Shown one piece after another: positions 14,467 to 28,681 of a DNA stretch of 64,000 nt (position 1 is its first letter; the number at the start of each line of letters is the position of its first letter). Origin of the DNA: Schmidtea polychroa (Eukaryota); assembly GCA_044892525.1 (NCBI GenBank), contig CM097885.1, forward strand, positions 37,884,001 through 37,948,000. Reading direction: 5' to 3'. Below the pieces are notes generated by a model. It was not told the DNA's origin and did no database searches. It was given only the letters and a program-made list of their open reading frames with translations. The position numbers were made by a program, and so were the translations under genes.

Positions 14467-16110
14467 CAGTGTAACTCCCTATTATAAAGCGACTTTTCAT
14501 AATTATAAATCATTTATTCAATATTTTAAATCATTTATTCAATATTCTAAATCATTTATATAAAATTATAAAGTAATTATTCAAAATTATAAATTAATTA
14601 TTCTTAATTATAAATTAATCAAAATGATTTTAGAATTAATTGATTGTTTTGGATCATTTTAAAAATAATAAAAAGAAACGATTTAAAATTCATGATAAAC
14701 GAGTCCAATCCTGATGCAAATAACAACAATACAACCAAGTCTAAGCTTAAACAACGCCAGGTAATCACCAACGAAGCCATAACAACAATTAAACGGTTGA
14801 AAGACGCGAACCAAACAACGACATTTATTGCCACGACCCTCAATTTAAGCATTGGTGCAGCTGGTTCAACACTTCGAAAAATACATGCGTGTGTTGAAAC
14901 TGGCAGCAGCCTAAGTACTATACTTAAAATATCCGGACCAAAACCTCAACCATTGGATTCTAATGTAAATATCCAACTAAATCAAATAATTCAAGAAGAT
15001 CCAAGCTTGACGCAGAGAGGCATGCAAGAAAAGCTTTATAACTCAGGTCTCTCATTTTCTCAGTCAAAAATATCGAAAACATTAAAAGCGCTATCTATAA
15101 CACGCAAAAGAATAAAAAAAGATCAGTAAGAACCGTATCTCCCGAACTGATAAATACTAGAAAGACCTATGCAAGAGAACTTCGTCTTATTCCTAACCGC
15201 CGATTTATTTTTTTTTGACGAAAGTGGTTTTAACCTACATACTGGCAACCATTATGGATATTCATCAATAAATACAAATGCCATAAAGCTTGTTCCAGCA
15301 AACCGAGGCAGAAATGTATCTCTACTTGTCATTATTTGCGCTGAAAAGATAAACCATTTTAAATTGATCGATCGCGCATATAATGCTGAGAAACTGTTGG
15401 AATTTTTAAATGAAGCTTATAATATACAACAAATAAAAGAAAATGATAAATTAGTTATGGATAATGTAAAATTTCACCATAGTGATATTGTAAAAGATTT
15501 TTGCGTAGAAAAAAGTATTATCATAAAATATTTACCCCCTTATGGTCAGGATGTAAATCCAATTGAAAACATATTCTCAACAATTAAAAGCATATATTCA
15601 GCAATTAGACCCGAACCAACGACATCTGTAATGATAATGTAGCCAGGGTTATTGCTGAAATGAATGTGGATCCGTCTATATTATATGGTTTGTATTATGA
15701 GAGAATGCAGGAATACCTTGTTTTTACATACAACGGGGAATTCTTTTAACATTTTGATGTATTTTTATTAAATATGTTGGTGTTTAATATTTTTTTATAA
15801 ATATATTTAATTAACTTTAATACTTTTTTAAATATTATCCTTGAAAAAAGACAAATCTTGAAGGGTTTTTTACCTGCTGCTTGCGTCTCTGCATGTTACA
15901 ATGTAATCTGTGACATAATTATGTGGTTATTTGTTCGCTATTAATACATAAAAGTTATACACTGTCGTCGTAGCTTTCTAATGTTTCTTCTGGGACAAAA
16001 TTAATTTTTAGAATAAATAATAAGAATAATTTATTTTATTTTAATTAATTTATAATTTTGAATAAATGATTTAGAATATTGAAAAAATGATTTATAATTA
16101 TGAATAGTTC
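14467..16110 (+). mobile_element. Tc1/IS630-type DD34E transposon, transposase frameshifted
   Basis: TA|CAGTG left end. HTH part 14692-15129; catalytic part FFDESGF...MDNVKFH-x-LPPY..DVNPIE with 34 residues between D and E. Right TIR (16040-16110) matches the left but lacks about 25 terminal bp. Confidence 0.9.
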
Positions 16111-16136
16111 AAAACTCTACACTAGTGTATTATAAC

Positions 16137-16718
16137 AGTAGGGTATTGTGTGGACCCGGGAACAAAGACATATGACGTCATTGATGACGTCACAAAGACA
16201 TATTACGTCATACCCCCGGGGGAGGGTTTTTTTTTTTTTTTTTTTAATTTTTTTTTTAATTTTTTTTAAAAAAAATTTATATTACGTTGCGGTATTTTAA
16301 AATATATATTACGTTGCGGTATTTTAAAATATATATTACGTTGCGGTATTTTAAAATTTATTATATTTTAATTATTAAATATATTACGTTGCGGTATTTT
16401 AAAAACTTATTGATAAAAGTTTAATAAAATTATTATTACACTCACACAATATAGTCTACCCGACAAAATATTCTGTTCCCCTATGGTCATACACACACAC
16501 AATGTATAAAAATATTATTAGTGTCCACACACGCAACAAGTTAGTGTTCTCATTGATATATTATTAATCTATATACTCCGAGTCTATCCGACAAAATATT
16601 CTGTCCCCCTATGGGTACTGCTCACAAGGGTACTGGTCACGCTCAACAACTCGCAAGGGTACTACTCACACTCAATATGTCTTAAATTATTATTATTATT
16701 ATTTCAAATACAAGTTCA

Positions 16719-16794
<76 letters not shown>

Positions 16795-17162
16795 TATTAT
16801 TATTATTACGCGTACGGGGAATATTATTATCATATATACTCTTAATCTATCCGACAAAATATTCTATCCCTCTATGGGTATTGCTCATATGGGTAATGGT
16901 CAAAGGTGTACTACTCACATTCAACATGTTTCAAAGGGTATAATATAATTATTATTAAATTCTGACCAACTTAAATCAATGAAGGGGTAGAACAAAAATA
17001 TATTAAGTTGCGGTATTTTAAATTTAAAAATATTTTAAAAACTTATTTTGACACTAAAGTTTACTTAATTAACAAAGACATAATTATTGCACATGCTTTG
17101 CATAAATATTATTATTTTTTAAATTTTCAATATTTTCTTTTAAAGTATTAACACGCGCGGGA

Positions 17163-17222
<60 letters not shown>

Positions 17223-17333
17223 GTTAACGAAAAATCTAAAATATGGTTTACACACACAACCCATTAAACTTTATTATTATTAACGCAAATATTAGTGAAA
17301 AACCTAAAATATTTTTTACACGACCCATTAAAC

Positions 17334-17393
<60 letters not shown>

Positions 17394-17708
17394 GCAAATA
17401 TTAGTCAAAAACATAAAATATTTTTACACACACACAACCCATTAACCATTATTATTATTATTGCAAATATTAGTCAAAAACATAAAAACACTCATTAACC
17501 ATTATTATTATCAATATTAGTGAAAACCTAAAATATATATTTTTTTCCACACACACACAACCCATTAAACTTTATTATTATTATTATTATTATTATTGTT
17601 AACGAAAAATCTAAAATATGGTTTACACACACAACCCATTAAACTTTATTATTATTAACGCAAATATTAGTGAAAAACCTAAAATATTTTTTACACGACC
17701 CATTAAAC

Positions 17709-17762
<54 letters not shown>

Positions 17763-20700
17763 GCAAATATTAGTCAAAAACATAAAATATTTTTACACAC
17801 ACACAACCCATTAACCATTATTATTATTATTGCAAATATTAGTCAAAAACATAAAAACACTCATTAACCATTATTATTATCAATATTAGTGAAAACCTAA
17901 AATATATATTTTTTTCCACACACACACAACCCATTAAACTTTATTATTATTATTATTATAATTATTATTATTATTAGTGAAAAAACCTTAAATAATTTTT
18001 ACATACTAAGTTATGGGGTAGAGTATTATTATGTTTGCAGTATTCTGTGTTTGCCTTTACAGGAAGTTGTCAATAAGGAGCGATAATTTTACACACACAT
18101 TCTATATACACATACCTTGTTTAACATGGGTGTATATACTCCTAGTCTATCCGACAAAATATTCTGTCCCCCTATGGGTATTGCTAGCAAGGGTACTACT
18201 CACACTCAAAGGTTTCGATTTTAAAGCATATTATGGTTTATTAAGGTTAGTAAATAAAACTTATCACACACACTTTTATATTTAAACGATAAAAATCAAG
18301 ACAAGAGAGGACAAGGCAAAGTGTATGCATTTAGTATTGCCAGGCCTAATGAGCAGTGACCAAATATCTGTGCCTGAAAGACACGGTGGATATTTGTTCG
18401 CGTCCACAAGGGTCGTCTGTGCCTCCCCCAAGTGGGGTCAGAAGAACCTGGGCATTATAGCTTTCCGTACGGAACATTACGCCTAGCATGGGTAGTCAAC
18501 TACCAGCACATTCGAAACGTATAATTTCAAAATACATGCGTCATTGGCACTATAACCAAATTAATTAATGTTTTCACTAACACAAATATATATTTACAGA
18601 GGCCTCCCACTAGTTGGATTACAACCGCCCACCACGACGATCAGCTTGTAAATATATATTAATTAAGGGATAAAGAGGACCCACCCAACCCTATTATATT
18701 TAATTTACAAATTTTTCTCGCTCTTCTGCTGGTATTCTATCTCAAAATTATCATCTCCATCGGGCCATTTGATAGTGATTTCATGGAATACATCTTGCAA
18801 ATTGGATGTTTTTCTTAGTTTCTGATGCGGTGTCAACTATCATTGCTAAAATTTATATTGATTTAAAAGCAATTAACTTACATTATCTAGCATTTTATCG
18901 TCACAGGCTTGATAAATTAGGCAACTGTTATTTGTGGTATACTTTTTCAATGTCATTTCCCACCATAAAACACAGATACCTAAATATAATATATATATAT
19001 ATATTTTAAAGAATTAATTCATGTCTTACATTAATAATAATATTCTTCAGGTAGTACTTTACAATATCTAATTGCTAAAACATCGGTTTTTCCCATTTTT
19101 CTTGACATTCGTTGAAAGTTTACATAATTTAAGTCTGATAATTCATGTTGAAGGACACCCACAATCAGCTAATTCATTTAAGAAATCCAGAACATAGCAA
19201 TGTTTCACCATTTTGTCTGGTTCATTTTCTTCTATAATTCATGTTTTAATAAGAAATTTCTAAATCCAGAACATAAGTCATTTAGTGTTTCACCATTTTA
19301 TCTGGTTCATCTTCTTCATAATTATATAATTCATTTTCTTCATTACTAAGTGAAATAATTAAAATATTGTAGTAAATTCTATATTTACTTACTTTATGGA
19401 TACTAAAACGAAAGAAATAAAGTTATATCAAAAGTATATTTAAATAATTTAAATTTAAATAATTTAAATTTAGTTATTTAAAAATATTTAAACAATTTAG
19501 TTATTTAAGCATATTTAAACATTAACATTATTATATAGTATAATTTTATGTATTCTAAATTTATTAATAAATATAGTATAATTTTATATAATATTATGTA
19601 TTGTAAATTTAATATATCCTTCATTTAATTTTTTTTAAATTCAAATATTTATAATGAAGATTCTTTGAATTAAAAAAAAAAATATTCTGTTAGTATTTCC
19701 AGGCAGAAAACAACGAATTCAATAATTAAAATCTTAATTTTCATGTTGTTAGGGTTGTGGCCAGAATTTAATCGCCATCTAATCGTTTGTTCTCAATTTC
19801 GCTCATTTTTGTTCAAAACATTCAGGTGAGTTGTTATCTGGAAAGTTTCTTTTAGCTCAGCTTTGTTAAAACACTCACGGTATTTTTGAGGGACGTGACA
19901 CTGGAAATAAATTAACAATGGGTGGTCTTGCATACATGTTGTTGGTTTGAACTGTTGATTTATTTTAGAAATATGTATATTAAAAACATTTAAGGTATCA
20001 TTCAGTAAAATAATATAGTATTTTTGAATATTTTTAGTTGATTTATAAATAACAGTATTTTGATATATCAATAAAGACCATATACTCCTAGTTTATCCGA
20101 CAAAATATTCTGTCCCCCTATGGGTATTGCTAGCAAGGGTACTGGTCACACTCAACAAGTCGCAAGGGTATATTATTCATTTAGAAATTCTTAGGTAAGA
20201 TAATCAGAAATTTGTGAATATTTTAAATGTAACTTTACACTTATGTCGAGCGACTAATTTATTGGTTAACTTTTTAGACATTTAAAGCAAAAGGTAATTT
20301 ATTCATCTAATGTTCGTTACAATAGTTAATAATATGAGAAAAACATGGTCATTATTCATTGATAATTTTAAATTCTTTATCATTTAGAGTAAATTTGTTT
20401 GAGGCAAAAATAATTAAAGGAGTCATAATAGAAATATGGTTATCATTTATCCAATTAAGGGGCTTATTAGTTAGAAATATAAAGTAACAATTATTTTCTA
20501 ATTTAATTAGATGATCATTAGACGTAATATATCTTTGCGAGAAATTTAAGATGTTTGAGTAACCAAAACATTGATATTTTGGGTCATCAATTTATGAATA
20601 GTGCTTAATTTTCTCATTTTTAGTGATTTAAAATAATATTTAGCAAAGGTAATTTAGCAAAATATCATTGAAAGATTTATCCATCCGATAATAATATTCC

Positions 20701-22186
20701 TTCAATAGATTTTACCTTTAATATTCAACCGATTTAATTTCTAGAAATCTAATTAAAATCATAAAATTCCTTCAATAAAGATCAGTTTTCTTTAGCCGTT
20801 GTCGATTTCCAACTTTTAAGTCAATATTTCTCAAGTTTTGTCACTGATGTTCCCACAATGAATAAAATAACTTCTTAAGTAAATAATTTAAAGCAATAAC
20901 CTTTGATATCAATCCCAATTAATTCTAAAGATTTCAAATATTTCATTGTGAAAACCAAGTAAATTGATCATTAACCCTAAACGACTTAATAAAACAGTGG
21001 ATAATTAATAAAAAACTGGTTCTAAAACATAAATCTAAATTACTGTGCAATAACATTCATCACAACCTAATAAACCTCTAAAACGATATAATTTCACAGG
21101 AACTATTATTAATTCATAGCTAAATACTGACTATTTCCCTTTAAAATTTTACCAATAAGAACATTGTCGATTTAAATAGAGATTTCAAACATTTCCACCT
21201 TAACCGATCCCTCACCAAATATTTCTATCATTTTAAACACCTTAAAAATCATATATTACCATCTTAACCAACCGACTTTAATATATCAGACCTTTAATAT
21301 ATCAATTCTCTTAAAATCCATAGAAAATTCTTCAAAATATGAATTTTATTTAATTGTTACAGACATCCTTCCATTGAAATAATTTAGTATCTAAATTCAT
21401 GTAGTAAGAGCCCACTAAAAGATCAAAATTCACTAAAATCAATATTTTCTACAAATATTTCACCACATTTACCATCAAATACCTAACTAGAGATGAAATA
21501 TATTGTTTGATCATAATTCTTCATCGATTCAGCTAATTATATAGCAATTATAACGTGATATATCTTTCAAAATCACAAATTTCAGTATATTTTACAATAA
21601 TTTTTACAAAAATTAAATAATAATCACTTGATTATTGTAAAAACTCTAATTATTAACCTAACTGTCATTAAAAATAATTTTTATTTAAAAGTAAATTTAA
21701 AAACAAGTCAATAAAATATAGCAAATTATCAAGAAATTAATTAAATTTGTCTTAGAATTAACACTAAAACGTTAAATTTCAAAATATTCTTTCAATTATT
21801 CACAAAAAGGTTAGTAATAATGTTAGTAAAATCCCGCTAACTCTAAAAATTACCAATGAATTTAATGCTAAATAATAACCAAAAATTTGCCTAAATAAAA
21901 CACACCAGAACCTTTACGACCAGTACCCTTACGACCAGTACCAATTGTGAACAGTACCCATAGAGGGAGAAAATATCTTGTCGGATAAACTCAGAGTATA
22001 TATAATAAAACGAATTAACAATAACTCCATCAAATTGAATCAGTCAAATTAACACAAATTTTGATAAAAAATCTTATTCTAAAATGGTAAGAAGCGTAAA
22101 GTCGAAAGATAATTTTAATAACACCGAGATAAATTAACAATATTATTCTCAGGTGGTAAGAATCTTCATTAAAGTTAGGAAATTAT
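16137..22186 (+). repeat. Left inverted arm of copy 1
   Basis: Reverse-complement match to 22885-31945; symmetry ends at ...aaagttaggaaattat (22186). Confidence 0.95.
18335..18728 (-). ncRNA. Candidate structured RNA / ssDNA element (4 copies: 18335-18728, ~26340-26735, 57855-58248, ~62060-62455)
   Basis: GC-rich island with nested hairpins, identical by eye between the two element copies. G-U pairs favour this strand. No known family recognised. Confidence 0.4.
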
Positions 22187-25113
22187 AAGAACTATCAATT
22201 GCTATAAAATATTTAAGCGAATTTAGTTTTGTTGTTTTATAACTTTCGGTTATATTTGAGTGAGTTTTCGAGTGTACCTTTTAACTTTCAGTGCTCATTT
22301 TCATTAAAAAGAGTAATGTATCTTAAATTATCTTTTGGAATATTTGTTTTTGAAATATTTAGTGTAAAATAGTAAATTTAATAATAAATTGTTAATATTA
22401 AAGGACTTAAAGAATAATTTAAAATATGAATTTATCATAATTACTCTGTCAAATACAATTCACGGTTTCTTATGTAATAAAATAATCATTTGGGGATTAA
22501 ATACTTTATTAAATAAAAGTTTATCACATTATTAAAATATTTTAATTCGTTAGTAGCTCATATAATAGAAATAATTTTATTTATATATCCTCATCACTTA
22601 TAGCCGCCGACTCTCGATTTTTCACTAATTATTATCATTTATATTCTCCCGGCAAATATTTCTTTTAAAATTGTATTAAATATTTTTTATTAAAGTGAAC
22701 GTTTTTTATGAATTTTTATGAAATTTATGAATTTTATGAAATAATTTTAAATAAATACAATTAATATATATCCATGCCACTTCTCAGTATGTTTTCATTG
22801 ACCTTCCATAATCCAATAATGAATAATTCTAACACTTATTTTAACCCCTTTGAAGTTTATTATAATTTTATGACAGAATAATAAATAATTTCCTAACTTT
22901 AATGAAGATTCTTACCACCTGAGAATAATATTGTTAATTTATCTCGGTGTTATTAAAATTATCTTTCGACTTTACGCTTCTTACCATTTTAGAATAAGAT
23001 TTTTTATCAAAATTTGTGTTAATTTGACTGATTCAATTTGATGGAGTTATTGTTAATTCGTTTTATTATATATACTCTGAGTTTATCCGACAAGATATTT
23101 TCTCCCTCTATGGGTACTGTTCACAATTGGTACTGGTCGTAAGGGTACTGGTCGTAAAGGTACTGGTGTGTTTTATTTAGGCAAATTTTTGGTTATTATT
23201 TAGCATTAAATTCATTGGTAATTTTTAGAGTTAGCGGGATTTTACTAACATTATTACTAACCTTTTTGTGAATAATTGAAAGAATATTTTGAAATTTAAC
23301 GTTTTAGTGTTAATTCTAAGACAAATTTAATTAATTTCTTGATAATTTGCTATATTTTATTGACTTGTTTTTAAATTTACTTTTAAATAAAAATTATTTT
23401 TAATGACAGTTAGGTTAATAATTAGAGTTTTTACAATAATCAAGTGATTGTTATTTAATTTTAAAATTATTGTAAAATATACTGAAATTTGTGATTTTGA
23501 AAGATATATCACGTTATAATTGCTATATAATTAGCTGAATCGATGAAGAATTATGATCAAACAATATATTTCATCTCTAGTTAGGTATTTGATGGTAAAT
23601 GTGGTGAAATATTTGTAGAAAATATTGATTTTAGTGAATTTTGATCTTTTAGTGGGCTCTTACTACATGAATTTAGATACTAAATTATTTCAATGGAAGG
23701 ATGTCTGTAACAATTAAATAAAATTCATATTTTGAAGAATTTTCTATGGATTTTAAGAGAATTGATATATTAAAGGTCTGATATATTAAAGTCGGTTGGT
23801 TAAGATGGTAATATATGATTTTTAAGGTGTTTAAAATGATAGAAATATTTGGTGAGGGATCGGTTAAGGTGGAAATGTTTGAAATCTCTATTTAAATCGA
23901 CAATGTTCTTATTGGTAAAATTTTAAAGGGAAATAGTCAGTATTTAGCTATGAATTAATAATAGTTCCTGTGAAATTATATCGTTTTAGAGGTTTATTAG
24001 GTTGTGATGAATGTTATTGCACAGTAATTTAGATTTATGTTTTAGAACCAGTTTTTTATTAATTATCCACTGTTTTATTAAGTCGTTTAGGGTTAATGAT
24101 CAATTTACTTGGTTTTCACAATGCAATATTTGAAATCTTTAGAATTAATTGGGATTGATATCAAAGGTTATTGCTTTAAATTATTTACTTAAGAAGTTAT
24201 TTTATTCATTGTGGGAACATCAGTGACAAAACTTGAGAAATATTGACTTAAAAGTTGGAAATCGACAACGGCTAAAGAAAACTGATCTTTATTGAAGGAA
24301 TTTTATGATTTTAATTAGATTTCTAGAAATTAAATCGGTTGAATATTAAAGGTAAAATCTATTGAAGGAATATTATTATCGGATGGATAAATCTTTCAAT
24401 GATATTTTGCTAAATTACCTTTGCTAAATATTATTTTAAATCACTAAAAATGAGAAAATTAAGCACTATTCATAAATTGATGACCCAAAATATCAATGTT
24501 TTGGTTACTCAAACATCTTAAATTTCTCGCAAAGATATATTACGTCTAATGATCATCTAATTAAATTAGAAAATAATTGTTACTTTATATTTCTAACTAA
24601 TAAGCCCCTTAATTGGATAAATGATAACCATATTTCTATTATGACTCCTTTAATTATTTTTGCCTCAAACAAATTTACTCTAAATGATAAAGAATTTAAA
24701 ATTATCAATGAATAATGACCATGTTTTTCTCATATTATTAACTATTGTAACGAACATTAGATGAATAAATTACCTTTTGCTTTAAATGTCTAAAAAGTTA
24801 ACCAATAAATTAGTCGCTCGACATAAGTGTAAAGTTACATTTAAAATATTCACAAATTTCTGATTATCTTACCTAAGAATTTCTAAATGAATAATATACC
24901 CTTGCGACTTGTTGAGTGTGACCAGTACCCTTGCTAGCAATACCCATAGGGGGACAGAATATTTTGTCGGATAAACTAGGAGTATATGGTCTTTATTGAT
25001 ATATCAAAATACTGTTATTTATAAATCAACTAAAAATATTCAAAAATACTATATTATTTTACTGAATGATACCTTAAATGTTTTTAATATACATATTTCT
25101 AAAATAAATCAAC

Positions 25114-26365
25114 AGTTCAAACCAACAACATGTATGCAAGACCACCCATTGTTAATTTATTTCCAGTGTCACGTCCCTCAAAAATACCGTGAGTGTTTTA
25201 ACAAAGCTGAGCTAAAAGAAACTTTCCAGATAACAACTCACCTGAATGTTTTGAACAAAAATGAGCGAAATTGAGAACAAACGATTAGATGGCGATTAAA
25301 TTCTGGCCACAACCCTAACAACATGAAAATTAAGATTTTAATTATTGAATTCGTTGTTTTCTGCCTGGAAATACTAACAGAATATTTTTTTTTTTAATTC
25401 AAAGAATCTTCATTATAAATATTTGAATTTAAAAAAAATTAAATGAAGGATATATTAAATTTACAATACATAATATTATATAAAATTATACTATATTTAT
25501 TAATAAATTTAGAATACATAAAATTATACTATATAATAATGTTAATGTTTAAATATGCTTAAATAACTAAATTGTTTAAATATTTTTAAATAACTAAATT
25601 TAAATTATTTAAATTTAAATTATTTAAATATACTTTTGATATAACTTTATTTCTTTCGTTTTAGTATCCATAAAGTAAGTAAATATAGAATTTACTACAA
25701 TATTTTAATTATTTTACTTAGTAATGAAGAAAATGAATTATATAATTATGAAGAAGATGAACCAGATAAAATGGTGAAACACTAAATGACTTATGTTCTG
25801 GATTTAGAAATTTCTTATTAAAACATGAATTATAGAAGAAAATGAACCAGACAAAATGGTGAAACATTGCTATGTTCTGGATTTCTTAAATGAATTAGCT
25901 GATTGTGGGTGTCCTTCAACATGAATTATCAGACTTAAATTATGTAAACTTTCAACGAATGTCAAGAAAAATGGGAAAAACCGATGTTTTAGCAATTAGA
26001 TATTGTAAAGTACTACCTGAAGAATATTATTATTAATGTAAGACATGAATTAATTCTTTAAAATATATATATATATATATTATATTTAGGTATCTGTGTT
26101 TTATGGTGGGAAATGACATTGAAAAAGTATACCACAAATAACAGTTGCCTAATTTATCAAGCCTGTGACGATAAAATGCTAGATAATGTAAGTTAATTGC
26201 TTTTAAATCAATATAAATTTTAGCAATGATAGTTGACACCGCATCAGAAACTAAGAAAAACATCCAATTTGCAAGATGTATTCCATGAAATCACTATCAA
26301 ATGGCCCGATGGAGATGATAATTTTGAGATAGAATACCAGCAGAAGAGCGAGAAAAATTTGTAAA
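25114..26365 (+). pseudogene. Decayed intron-containing gene of unknown function inside the arms (mirrored at ~18705-19953; homologue at ~60868-62083)
   Basis: Three intron-like tracts gtaag...ttag at 25675-25721, 26038-26089 and 26188-26223 separate codon-like segments (NEENELYNYEEDE; VLQHELSDLNYVNFQRMSRKMGKTDVLAIRYCKVLPEEYYY) that contain stops and frameshifts. Confidence 0.45.
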
Positions 26366-27089
26366 TTAAATATAATAGGGTTGGGTGGGTCCTCTTTATC
26401 CCTTAATTAATATATATTTACAAGCTGATCGTCGTGGTGGGCGGTTGTAATCCAACTAGTGGGAGGCCTCTGTAAATATATATTTGTGTTAGTGAAAACA
26501 TTAATTAATTTGGTTATAGTGCCAATGACGCATGTATTTTGAAATTATACGTTTCGAATGTGCTGGTAGTTGACTACCCATGCTAGGCGTAATGTTCCGT
26601 ACGGAAAGCTATAATGCCCAGGTTCTTCTGACCCCACTTGGGGGAGGCACAGACGACCCTTGTGGACGCGAACAAATATCCACCGTGTCTTTCAGGCACA
26701 GATATTTGGTCACTGCTCATTAGGCCTGGCAATACTAAATGCATACACTTTGCCTTGTCCTCTCTTGTCTTGATTTTTATCGTTTAAATATAAAAGTGTG
26801 TGTGATAAGTTTTATTTACTAACCTTAATAAACCATAATATGCTTTAAAATCGAAACCTTTGAGTGTGAGTAGTACCCTTGCTAGCAATACCCATAGGGG
26901 GACAGAATATTTTGTCGGATAGACTAGGAGTATATACACCCATGTTAAACAAGGTATGTGTATATAGAATGTGTGTGTAAAATTATCGCTCCTTATTGAC
27001 AACTTCCTGTAAAGGCAAACACAGAATACTGCAAACATAATAATACTCTACCCCATAACTTAGTATGTAAAAATTATTTAAGGTTTTTT

Positions 27090-27306
27090 CACTAATAATA
27101 ATAATAATTATAATAATAATAATAATAAAGTTTAATGGGTTGTGTGTGTGTGGAAAAAAATATATATTTTAGGTTTTCACTAATATTGATAATAATAATG
27201 GTTAATGAGTGTTTTTATGTTTTTGACTAATATTTGCAATAATAATAATAATGGTTAATGGGTTGTGTGTGTGTAAAAATATTTTATGTTTTTGACTAAT
27301 ATTTGC

Positions 27307-27351
<45 letters not shown>

Positions 27352-27462
27352 GTTTAATGGGTCGTGTAAAAAATATTTTAGGTTTTTCACTAATATTTGC
27401 GTTAATAATAATAAAGTTTAATGGGTTGTGTGTGTAAACCATATTTTAGATTTTTCGTTAAC

Positions 27463-27498
<36 letters not shown>

Positions 27499-27675
27499 GT
27501 TTAATGGGATGTGTGTGTGTGGAAAAAAATATATTTTTTAGGTTTTCACTAATATTGATAATAATAATGGTTAATGAGTGTTTTTATGTTTTTGACTAAT
27601 ATTTGCAATAATAATAATAATGGTTAATGGGTTGTGTGTGTGTAAAAATATTTTATGTTTTTGACTAATATTTGC

Positions 27676-27744
<69 letters not shown>

Positions 27745-27855
27745 GTTTAATGGGTCGTGTAAAAAATATTTTAGGTTTTTCACTAATATTTGCGTTAATA
27801 ATAATAAAGTTTAATGGGTTGTGTGTGTAAACCATATTTTAGATTTTTCGCTAAC

Positions 27856-27897
<42 letters not shown>

Positions 27898-28072
27898 GTT
27901 TAATGGGTTGTGTGTGTGTGGAAAAAAATATATATTTTAGGTTTTCACTTATATTGATAATAATAATGGTTAATGAGTGTTTTTATGTTTTTGACTAATA
28001 TTTGCAATAATAATAATAATGGTTAATGGGTTGTGTGTGTAAAAATATTTTATGTTTTTGACTAATATTTGC

Positions 28073-28132
<60 letters not shown>

Positions 28133-28243
28133 GTTTAATGGGTCGTGTAAAAAATATTTTAGGTTTTTCACTAATATTTGCGTTAATAATAATAAAGTTT
28201 AATGGGTTGTGTGTGTAAACCATATTTTAGATTTTTCGTTAAC

Positions 28244-28282
<39 letters not shown>

Positions 28283-28459
28283 GTTTAATGGGTTGTGTGT
28301 GTGTGGAAAAAAATATATATTTTAGGTTTTCACTAATATTGATAATAATAATGGTTAATGAGTGTTTTTATGTTTTTGACTAATATTTGCAATAATAATA
28401 ATAATGGTTAATGGGTTGTGTGTGTGTAAAAATATTTTATGTTTTTGACTAATATTTGC

Positions 28460-28525
<66 letters not shown>

Positions 28526-28636
28526 GTTTAATGGGTCGTGTAAAAAATATTTTAGGTTTTTCACTAATATTTGCGTTAATAATAATAAAGTTTAATGGGT
28601 TGTGTGTGTAAACCATATTTTAGATTTTTCGTTAAC

Positions 28637-28681
<45 letters not shown>

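Noticed and set aside
18340..18520. Hammerhead, HDV-like or twister ribozyme, tRNA or 5S rRNA
   Set aside because: ctaatgag/cgaaac and gcctccc..cctgggca resemble core motifs, but I could not build the required helices; no cloverleaf or 5S similarity.
18031..19009. ORFs MFAVFCVCLY... and MFFLVSDAVS... present in four copies
   Set aside because: Recurrence is explained by the repeat structure; lengths differ between elements, one overlaps the 45-bp motif and the other is antisense to the intron-bearing strand.
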